A stretch of 64,000 bases of DNA, from positions 480,001-544,000 of the forward strand of contig CAVXTP010000022.1 of the NCBI GenBank assembly GCA_963764715.1, written 5' to 3'. The stretch is from an uncultured Acidobacteriota bacterium. Lineage in GTDB: Bacteria > Acidobacteriota > Thermoanaerobaculia > UBA5066 > Gp7-AA6. Positions 56,898 to 64,000 of this stretch are shown in pieces. The position numbers and the translations under genes are program-made. The notes below the pieces were generated by a model, which was not told where the DNA came from, did no database searches, and was given only the letters and a program-made list of their open reading frames with translations. Each line of letters begins with the position of its first letter. The stretch's first letter is position 1.

Positions 56898-57122
56898 ATG
56901 AGCAGGCCCCCCAAGCCGACCGCCCCCCCCGCCGCACGGGAATTCCTTTCGACGGGCGAAGTCGCGCGCCTCTTCGGCGTCTCGCCGTCGGCCGTGACCC
57001 GCTGGGCGCGCACCGGGGTCCTCAAGGCCGTCCGCACGCCCGGGGGGCACTACCGATTCCGCGCGAGCACGCTGCGCCGGGCCGCGATCGAGATCCCCGA
57101 CGAGCCGCAGCGCCTGGACTGA
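56898..57122 (+). CDS. BldC/excisionase-like small HTH protein
   Basis: LSTGEVARLFGVSPSAVTRWARTGVLKAVRTPGGHYRF. Confidence 0.85.
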   Translation: MSRPPKPTAPPAAREFLSTGEVARLFGVSPSAVTRWARTGVLKAVRTPGGHYRFRASTLRRAAIEIPDEPQRLD

Positions 57123-57126
57123 CGCC

Positions 57127-59052
57127 GTGCCGATCGCCGCCCGCCTTCCCGATCTCGCCCACTGGAAAGCCCAGGTCAAGTGCCAGGCCGGCTGCCCCGT
57201 CGCGACGGACGCCGGGCGATACGTCCAGCTGATCGCCGACGGGCGCGACGAGGATGCGTTCCTCGTCGCCCGGGCGCCGAACCCCTTCGCCTCGGTCTGC
57301 GGCCGCGTCTGCGCGGCGCCCTGCGAGGACGCCTGCCGTCGGGGCGCGATCGACTCGCCGATCTCGATCCGCGCGCTCAAGCGCTTCGTGACCGAGAAGT
57401 ACGGCGTCGAGTCGATCCGGCCAGCCACCCAGGACGTCCTGCGCGACGCTCTCGTGACCGAGGGCAATCGCTACGCCGGGCACCTTCCCGTGCATCCCCT
57501 CTCGGGAAACGGCGGGAAAGCGCGCGTGCGGGTCGCCGTCATCGGAGCCGGCCCGTCGGGCCTCTCGGCCGCGCACGACCTGGCCCTCCTCGGCTACGCC
57601 GTCACGGTCTTCGAAGCCTCCGAGGAGCCCGGCGGCATGATGCGCTTCGGCATCCCGGAGTACCGGCTTCCCCGCACGCTCATCCGCGCGGAGATCGAAA
57701 AGATCCTCTCGCTCGGCGTCACGCTGAAGCTCCGGACGCCGCTCTCGCCCGACTTCGGTCTCGCTGCGCTCCGGGCCGAAGGGTTCGAGTCCGTCTTCCT
57801 TTCGGTCGGAGTCTCCCGCGGCCGCGACCTGCAGGTGCCGGGCGTCGAGAAGGACGGCGTCGTCAAGGCCGTCGACTACCTCTTGAACGTCAACCGGGGC
57901 TTCCGGATGGACCTCGGGCGCCGCGTCGTCGTCATCGGCGGCGGCTTCGTCGCCTTCGACGCCGCGCGCACGGCGCTCCGTCTCGGACGGGAGGCGGACG
58001 TCGACCGCCTCGAAGCGGATTTCGACGCCGCCGACGAGAGCGCCCGGATGAAGGAGGCGCTCGACTCGGCGCGCGCGGCGATCCGGGGAGGCGCGGCCGA
58101 GGTCACGATCGTGTCGCTCGAGAGCTTCGAGGAGATGCCCGTCCTCCGGACGACCCAGGGGCACGAGGAGTTCGAGGAAGCGAAGAAAGAGGGCGTCGTA
58201 TTCGTCCCCCGGCGCGGTCCGAGCCGTTTCCTGGGCGGCAATCGCCTCGAGGCCGTCGAGCTGAAGCGGGTCGTCTCCGTCTTCGACGAGAACGGCCGGT
58301 TCGCCCCGCGCTACGACGAGACCGACCTCATCTCGCTTCCGGCCGACGCCTGCGTTTTGGCCATCGGGCAGCAGCCCGACCTCTCGTTCCTCAAGCCCGC
58401 GGACGGCGTCGCGCTGTCGCCGGGCGGGACCATCAAGGTCGACCCCGCGACCCTCGCGACCTCCGCCCCCGGCATCTTCGCGGGGGGCGACGTCGCGTTC
58501 GGCCCCCGCAACCTCATCGAGGCCGTCGCCAACGGAAAGCTCGCCGCGCGCTCGATCCACGAGCGCCTCTCGCGGGAGACCCCGCGCCTCGAGTCGCATC
58601 TGGAGGTCGAAAAGATCCCGACCGCGAGCTATCGGATGGTCGCGGGCTTCGAGATCTTCGACCGCGAGTCCCCCCCGATGCTCGACGTCGGCCGGCGCAC
58701 CGGCATCGCCGAGGTCGAAACGGGCTACGCCGAGGTCGAGGCCCGCCGCCAGGCCGCGCGGTGCCTCGTCTGCCACGTCCAGACGATCTACGACCCGGAG
58801 AAGTGCGTCCTCTGCAACCGCTGCGTGGACATCTGCCCCGAATACTGCCTGTCGATCGTTCCCTTCGAGGCGCTCGACCTGCCCGCCGAGGAGCGCGCCG
58901 CGCTCGCGGCCCGCGCGGAGGCCGACGGGCTGCCGCTCTCGGCCATGGTCAAGGACGACGAGCGCTGCATCCGGTGCGGCCTCTGCGCGATCCGCTGCCC
59001 GACCGACGCGATGACGATGGAGCGCTTCTCGATCACGGAGCGATTCCGGTGA
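57127..59052 (+). CDS. GltD/DsrL-like FAD/NAD(P) oxidoreductase with C-terminal 2x[4Fe-4S] domain
   Basis: CQAGCP...CGRVCAAPCEDACRR, GAGPSG, FGIPEYRLP, GGGFVAFD, RCLVC, CVLCNRCVDICP and CIRCGLCAIRCP motifs. Confidence 0.9.
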   Translation: MPIAARLPDLAHWKAQVKCQAGCPVATDAGRYVQLIADGRDEDAFLVARAPNPFASVCGRVCAAPCEDACRRGAIDSPISIRALKRFVTEKYGVESIRPATQDVLRDALVTEGNRYAGHLPVHPLSGNGGKARVRVAVIGAGPSGLSAAHDLALLGYAVTVFEASEEPGGMMRFGIPEYRLPRTLIRAEIEKILSLGVTLKLRTPLSPDFGLAALRAEGFESVFLSVGVSRGRDLQVPGVEKDGVVKAVDYLLNVNRGFRMDLGRRVVVIGGGFVAFDAARTALRLGREADVDRLEADFDAADESARMKEALDSARAAIRGGAAEVTIVSLESFEEMPVLRTTQGHEEFEEAKKEGVVFVPRRGPSRFLGGNRLEAVELKRVVSVFDENGRFAPRYDETDLISLPADACVLAIGQQPDLSFLKPADGVALSPGGTIKVDPATLATSAPGIFAGGDVAFGPRNLIEAVANGKLAARSIHERLSRETPRLESHLEVEKIPTASYRMVAGFEIFDRESPPMLDVGRRTGIAEVETGYAEVEARRQAARCLVCHVQTIYDPEKCVLCNRCVDICPEYCLSIVPFEALDLPAEERAALAARAEADGLPLSAMVKDDERCIRCGLCAIRCPTDAMTMERFSITERFR

Positions 59053-59063
59053 AGGAGCCGAAG

Positions 59064-59570
59064 ATGACCGAGACCAAGGACCGCCGGGAGTTCCTCTTGA
59101 AGATCGGCATCGGGAGCGGGATCGCCGCCCTCGGCGCGCAGACCGTCGCCTCGATGCGGTCCCTCGTCCCGAACGTCTCGTACGACGCCCCGACGACCGT
59201 CAAGATCGGCGCGCCGAACGACTTTCCGGACGGCCTGCAGTTCCTGCCGGACCAGCGCCTCTACGTCTTCCGGGACGGCCGGACGTTCCACGCGATCTCG
59301 GCGGTCTGCACGCACCTCGGCTGCACCGTCCGCGCGGAGGCCCTCGCGAAGATCGAGACGGCGACGGTCGACGGCCAGCCGCTCCGGCTGACCCACCGGT
59401 TCCTCTGCCCGTGCCACGGCTCCCGGTACAACGGCGACGGCACGAACGTCTCCGGTCCCGCCCCGAAGCCCCTGACCTGGTTCCACCTGTCCGTCGCCCC
59501 CGAGGACGGCCAGCTCGTCGTCGACCTCGCCCGTCCCGTCGACCGCGACTTCCGCCTGACCGTGGCCTGA
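59064..59570 (+). CDS. Rieske [2Fe-2S] subunit
   Basis: Tat DRREFL, CTHLGC, CPCHGSRY and GPAP motifs; AAGGAG RBS. Confidence 0.93.
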   Translation: MTETKDRREFLLKIGIGSGIAALGAQTVASMRSLVPNVSYDAPTTVKIGAPNDFPDGLQFLPDQRLYVFRDGRTFHAISAVCTHLGCTVRAEALAKIETATVDGQPLRLTHRFLCPCHGSRYNGDGTNVSGPAPKPLTWFHLSVAPEDGQLVVDLARPVDRDFRLTVA

Positions 59571-59580
59571 AGGAGACCGC

Positions 59581-60963
59581 ATGAGCGCCAAGCCCGAAAA
59601 GACCCAGCCTCCCGCCGCTCCGGGCGTGCACCCGCGGCGCTGGTGGAGCTTTCGTCCCGCCTCCGACCGGCAGGCCGGCGACGCGATCGTGTCCAACTTC
59701 ATGCTGCACTGGTTCCCGGCCAAGAGCTTCAAAGCCTCGATGGCGTGGAGCTACTCCTTCTGGCTCGGCACGGTCTCCGCGGCGCTCCTCTTCCTGCTCG
59801 TCCTCTCGGGCCTGCCGCTCCTCTTCCTCTACATCCCCTCGGTCGAGCGCGCCTACGCCTCGGTCAAGGACATCGAGTACGTCATCACGTTCGGCTCGTG
59901 GATCCGCGCGGTGCACCGGATCTCGGCGCACCTGATGGTGGCCGCGGTCTTCCTCCACCTCGTCCGGGTCTTCCTGACCGGCGCCTACAAGAACGGCGTC
60001 GTGAGGGGGGCCGGAGGGGACCAACGGTCCCCCCTTCATGGAAGCGGCCAGAAGCGGCAATGGAACTGGGTCATCGGCGTCGTGATGCTGCTCCTGACCC
60101 TCTTCCTCTCGTTCACCGGGTACCTCCTTCCCTGGGACCAGCTCGCCTACTGGGCGGTCACGGTCGGAACCAACATCGCCTCCTCCGTCCCCTACGTCGG
60201 CCCCGCGATCCGGGAGCTCCTGATCGGGGGACGCACGATCGAGCAGGCGACGCTCATCCGGTTCTACGTCCTCCACGTCCTCTTCCTGCCGATGCTCATC
60301 GGCGTCCTCTTCGGCTACCACATGTGGCGCGTCCGGAAGGACGGCGGGCTCGCCCGCGCCGACGGCGCGCGGCTCGCGGAATCCAAGACCGACGCCCCTC
60401 CCTCGAAGTCCAAGACGTACACGCTCCTCGGCATCGCCCGGGGGACGTCGCCGCACGTGAAGGCCTCGACGCTCGAGGCCCCCGAGACGACCGTCAACTC
60501 CGTCCCGGACCTGACGCGCCGCATCGCGATCGTGATCCTCGGGACGATCGCGCTCGTCGGCATCCTCTCGGTCTTCGTCCGCTCGCCGCTCGAGGAGCCG
60601 GCGAACCCGCTGATCACGCCGAACCCCGCCAAGGCGCCCTGGTATTTCCTGTGGCTCCAGGAAATCGTGACCGACACGACGGTCCACATCGGCTCCTTCA
60701 CGATCAACGGCGCGTTCCTCGGCGGGGTCCTGCTGCCGGGCGCGCTCCTCGCCCTGATGACCATCTGGCCGTGGCTCGACCGGAGCCCCGCCGCCGCGAC
60801 GGGCGCCTGGTTCGCGAAGACCCGCCGCCGGCAGAACCTCCTCTTCCTCCTTCTCGTCGCGGCCGTGCTCGCCCTGACGGTCGTCGGCACCTTCCTGCGC
60901 GGCCCCTACTGGCACTTCTACTGGCCCTGGCAGCCCTGGCCCGAGCTGCCCTCGAGGATCTGA
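59581..60963 (+). CDS. Cytochrome b (b6-like plus subunit IV, fused)
   Basis: HRISAHLMV..LH, FTGYLLPWDQ, RFYVLH-x14-H and EEPANP..TPNPAKAPWYF motifs. Confidence 0.92.
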   Translation: MSAKPEKTQPPAAPGVHPRRWWSFRPASDRQAGDAIVSNFMLHWFPAKSFKASMAWSYSFWLGTVSAALLFLLVLSGLPLLFLYIPSVERAYASVKDIEYVITFGSWIRAVHRISAHLMVAAVFLHLVRVFLTGAYKNGVVRGAGGDQRSPLHGSGQKRQWNWVIGVVMLLLTLFLSFTGYLLPWDQLAYWAVTVGTNIASSVPYVGPAIRELLIGGRTIEQATLIRFYVLHVLFLPMLIGVLFGYHMWRVRKDGGLARADGARLAESKTDAPPSKSKTYTLLGIARGTSPHVKASTLEAPETTVNSVPDLTRRIAIVILGTIALVGILSVFVRSPLEEPANPLITPNPAKAPWYFLWLQEIVTDTTVHIGSFTINGAFLGGVLLPGALLALMTIWPWLDRSPAAATGAWFAKTRRRQNLLFLLLVAAVLALTVVGTFLRGPYWHFYWPWQPWPELPSRI

Positions 60964-60964
60964 C

Positions 60965-62191
60965 ATGGAACAGAGAACCGATTCCCCCTATCCGAAGAAG
61001 GACCGGCCGATCCTCGCGATCGTCGGCGTGCTGCTCGTCGTCTCGACGGTCCTCTTCGCGTGGAGCGACCGCAAGCACGACTGGCGCTACTACCAGTACG
61101 CCTTCCGCGCCCAGGTGACCGAGAAGCTCGGGGCGGAGAAGGCCGCGACCATCCCGAAGGGCGTCCAACAGATCTGGGTCTCCGAGATGCGCCGCGCCGA
61201 CCGCTGCATCACCTGTCACCAGGCGATGCTCTGGAAGGGCTTCGAGAAGGCCGAGAACCCCTACAAGTCGCACCCCGTCGAGCCCCTCAAGGGGCATCCA
61301 ATCGAGAAGTACGGCTGCACCGCCTGCCACGGCGGCCAGGGCTGGGCCATCGACGACGTCGCCGCGCACGGCCCGGTCGAGCACTGGGAGGAGCCCCTCC
61401 TGGGGTCGCAGCTCGGCGAGGCCTACACGCTCTCGGCCCAGAAGTCGGCGCTCATGCAGATGAACTGCAACGTGTGCCACCGCTTCGACCGCGAGACGAA
61501 GGGGGCCGACGAGATCAACCTGGCGAAGAAGCTCGTCCTCGAGAAGGGCTGCCGCGCCTGCCACGTGATCAACGGCCGCGGCGGAACGATCGGCCCCGAC
61601 CTCACGTGGGTCGGCGACAAGGCACCCGAGCAGTACGAGTACGGGCGGCTCTCGGGCCAGAAGAGCGCCTACGCCTGGCACGTCGCCCACTTCAAGGACC
61701 CCCGGGCCCTCGTGCCGGAGACGGTCATGCCGAACTTCCACTTCACCACCCGCGACGCCCAGGCGCTGGCGATGCTGGCGCTCTCGTGGCGGCGCGCGCC
61801 GATTCCGGCCGACTACCGGCCGGGGCTCCCCCGCACCGACCCCCAGACCCCGGAGGAGATCGCCGAAGAGCAGCGGATGAAGACCGGCCCCGGCGCCTGG
61901 TTCGTCAAGACGGGCTGCTTCGTCTGCCACTCCATCCAGTCGCTCGGGGTCAAGAGCCCGGCCCAGATCGGGCCCGATCTCTCGACGGCGGTCGAGGACA
62001 CGCAGGCGCGCTTCGGCCGCACGGTCGACGACTTCCTCCGCGAGCCGACGGGAACGATGGCCGTCGTGCTGTCGCGCCAGATCGTGCTGACGCCGCAGGA
62101 GAAGGAGATCGCCGTCCAGAAGCTGCGGGAGGCGTTCGCCGAGCACCAGAAACAGAAGGCCGAGGGAAAACCCGAAGCCGGCGGCCATTGA
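60965..62191 (+). CDS. Membrane-anchored pentaheme cytochrome c
   Basis: N-terminal TM; CITCH, CTACH, CNVCH, CRACH and CFVCH. Confidence 0.92.
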   Translation: MEQRTDSPYPKKDRPILAIVGVLLVVSTVLFAWSDRKHDWRYYQYAFRAQVTEKLGAEKAATIPKGVQQIWVSEMRRADRCITCHQAMLWKGFEKAENPYKSHPVEPLKGHPIEKYGCTACHGGQGWAIDDVAAHGPVEHWEEPLLGSQLGEAYTLSAQKSALMQMNCNVCHRFDRETKGADEINLAKKLVLEKGCRACHVINGRGGTIGPDLTWVGDKAPEQYEYGRLSGQKSAYAWHVAHFKDPRALVPETVMPNFHFTTRDAQALAMLALSWRRAPIPADYRPGLPRTDPQTPEEIAEEQRMKTGPGAWFVKTGCFVCHSIQSLGVKSPAQIGPDLSTAVEDTQARFGRTVDDFLREPTGTMAVVLSRQIVLTPQEKEIAVQKLREAFAEHQKQKAEGKPEAGGH

Positions 62192-62222
62192 AACGGTAAC
62201 CCGAGAGGGAAGGAGAACGACG

Positions 62223-64000
62223 ATGAGTCAGACGAGGAAGAGCTGGATCACATGGAGCGCTCTCGCGGTCTTCGCGGTCGCCGCCGCGCTCGCCGGCCGC
62301 TGCGCGCCGAGCGCGCCGAAGGCCGGGGGCAAGAAGGGCGCCCCCGCCGGCGCGTCGGACCTCGCGGTCGCGGCGCAGAAGACCTACGTCCCGCCCGGAG
62401 ACCTCGACGAGTACTACATGTTCGCCTCGGGCGGACACTCGGGCCAGGTCTACGTCTACGGGATCCCGTCGATGCGCCACCTCTCGACGATCCCGGTCTA
62501 CACGCCCTACCCCGCCACCGGCTACGGCTTCGACGACGAGTCGAAGGCGATGCTCGGCGGCCGGCTGACGTGGGGCGACGTTCACCATCCGTCCCTCTCG
62601 GAGACGGGCGGCGACTACGACGGACGCTGGCTCTTCGTCAACGACATGAACGGCCGGGTCGCCCGCATCGACCTGCGCGACTTCAAGACCAAGCAGATCT
62701 TCGGACCCATGCCCAACATCTCGGGCAATCACGGTTCGGCTTTCGTCACGCCCAACACCGAGTACTCGGTCATGGCCTCGCGCTTTTCGATCCCGATCCC
62801 CAAGGGAACCGCCGCCCCGATCGACAATTACGCCACCGACTACAAGGGCGTCGTCGCCGCCGTGAAGATCGACCCGAAGACCGGCGAGATGACGCAGGGC
62901 TTCGAGATTCTCATGCCTCCCTTCGACTACGACCTCGGCGACGCCGGGAAAAAGGCCTCGGACGGCTGGATGTTCTTCACCTGCTACAACTCCGAGCGCG
63001 CGACCGGAAAGCTCGAGGTCACGGCCTCGCAGCGGGACCGGGACTACATCGCCGCCGTCGACTGGAAGGCCGCCGAGAAGGCGATCGCCGAGGGCAAGGG
63101 CGACATGATCGGCGGCGTCAAGGTCCTCGATCCGCGGAAGGTCCCCGGGCTCGTCTACTTCATGCCCTGCGGAAAGTCCCCCCACGGCGTCGACGTCTCG
63201 CCGGACGGCAAGTACATCATCGGCTCGGGCAAGCTCCAGGGCGTGACGACGGCCTTCAATTTCGAGAAGGTCCAGACCGCCATCCGCAACAAGGACTTCA
63301 CGGGCGACGAGGACGGGATCCCGGTCCTCAAGTACGAGTCGATCAAGGACGCGGAAGTCCCGGTCGGGCTCGGACCGCTCCACACCCAGTTCGGACCCAA
63401 CGGCGAGTGCTACACCTCGCTCTTCGTCGACAGCGCGATCGCCAAGTGGAAGCTCGGGACCTGGGAAGTGATCGACAAGGTCCCGATGTCGTACTCCATC
63501 GGGCACCTGGCGGCGGCCGAGGGCGACACCGTCTCTCCGGACGGCAAGTACCTCGTCGGACTGAACAAGCTGTCCCACGGCCGGCATCTCTCGGTCGGGC
63601 CGTCCCAGCCCGAGTCGTCGCAGCTCGTCGACATCTCCGAAGAGAAGATGAAGATCCTCTACGACGCCTTCACGGAGCCGGAGCCTCATTACGCGCAGAT
63701 CATCAAGGCCGACAAGATCAAGCCGATCGAGGTCTATCCGAAGGACGAGAACAAGAACCCGAACGCGATCTGGGACGTCAAGGATGCGGGCGTCACGCGC
63801 AAGGGCAGCGAGGTCCTCGCGAAGGTCGTCCTCGTCCGCTCGACGATCTCGCCGACGGCGATCGAGGTTGAAGAGGGCGACACGGTCAAGGTGGTCATGA
63901 CCAACATCGAGCAGACGACCGATGAGCTCCACGGGTTCGGCCTCCTCGACTACAACATCAACATCGTCTGCGACCCCGGCGAGACCAAGACCGTCACCTT
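62223..64000 (+). CDS. nosZ: Nitrous oxide reductase, clade II (Sec-dependent); truncated by the window end
   Basis: Not in the ORF track; read by hand. No twin-arginine motif; YVPPGDLDEYY.F.SGGHSGQ, WGDVHHP, GNHG, KSPHGVD, LGPLHT, SIGH, EPHY and the CuA-domain start HGF. Confidence 0.96.
   Translation, partial: MSQTRKSWITWSALAVFAVAAALAGRCAPSAPKAGGKKGAPAGASDLAVAAQKTYVPPGDLDEYYMFASGGHSGQVYVYGIPSMRHLSTIPVYTPYPATGYGFDDESKAMLGGRLTWGDVHHPSLSETGGDYDGRWLFVNDMNGRVARIDLRDFKTKQIFGPMPNISGNHGSAFVTPNTEYSVMASRFSIPIPKGTAAPIDNYATDYKGVVAAVKIDPKTGEMTQGFEILMPPFDYDLGDAGKKASDGWMFFTCYNSERATGKLEVTASQRDRDYIAAVDWKAAEKAIAEGKGDMIGGVKVLDPRKVPGLVYFMPCGKSPHGVDVSPDGKYIIGSGKLQGVTTAFNFEKVQTAIRNKDFTGDEDGIPVLKYESIKDAEVPVGLGPLHTQFGPNGECYTSLFVDSAIAKWKLGTWEVIDKVPMSYSIGHLAAAEGDTVSPDGKYLVGLNKLSHGRHLSVGPSQPESSQLVDISEEKMKILYDAFTEPEPHYAQIIKADKIKPIEVYPKDENKNPNAIWDVKDAGVTRKGSEVLAKVVLVRSTISPTAIEVEEGDTVKVVMTNIEQTTDELHGFGLLDYNINIVCDPGETKTVT

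Noticed and set aside
56898-57122. Excisionase indicating a prophage
   Set aside because: No integrase, att site or phage genes; it is embedded in a respiratory operon.
10-63932. Many long overlapping ORFs in the track (e.g. 10-1632, 7650-9647, 32481-35030, 48357-51638 upstream part, 61950-63932)
   Set aside because: Shadow frames of real genes in high-GC DNA; Arg/Pro/Gly-rich with no family motifs.

Overview
High-GC bacterial window with no CRISPR, phage or transposase genes. The gene content (Cys-containing SLH-repeat protein, TPR/sigma-like pair, ECF/anti-sigma operons, clade II nosZ) suggests Acidobacteriota, possibly Thermoanaerobaculia; this taxonomy is inference. Left to right: a partial TonB-dependent receptor preceded by two paralogous secreted proteins ending in PLRL; a DsbD-N / TlpA-DUF4266 / DUF3570 / ApbE flavinylation cluster; tRNA-Glu with a scrambled tandem copy; a KimA-like APC transporter; and a housekeeping run (gpsA, plsY, thpR, cinA, ABC-F) with seven +1 frameshifts that look like sequencing errors. 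Next come NfuA, a small-peptide / sigma2-like / TPR trio, ndh, two ECF-anti-sigma operons, thiD, a beta-oxidation operon, rtcB, tRNA-Arg, a REC-EAL protein, apt, acyP, pcm and a fused E1 dehydrogenase. The right end is an N-oxide locus: ScdA_N-NnrS, Crp/Fnr, VKOR-DsbA, radical SAM, and an operon HTH - GltD/DsrL-like flavoprotein - Rieske - cytochrome b - pentaheme cytochrome c - clade II nosZ. Best leads: (1) the NAD(P)H-oxidoreductase/Rieske-cytochrome b module co-transcribed with nosZ; (2) a candidate arrest-peptide leader whose stop codon begins a hairpin sequestering the TonB receptor ribosome-binding site; (3) a three-site ATGA-N6-TCAT Crp/Fnr regulon; (4) the peptide-sigma2-TPR trio; (5) frequent leaderless and bidirectional promoters. 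All family calls come from motif recognition by eye; no searches were run.
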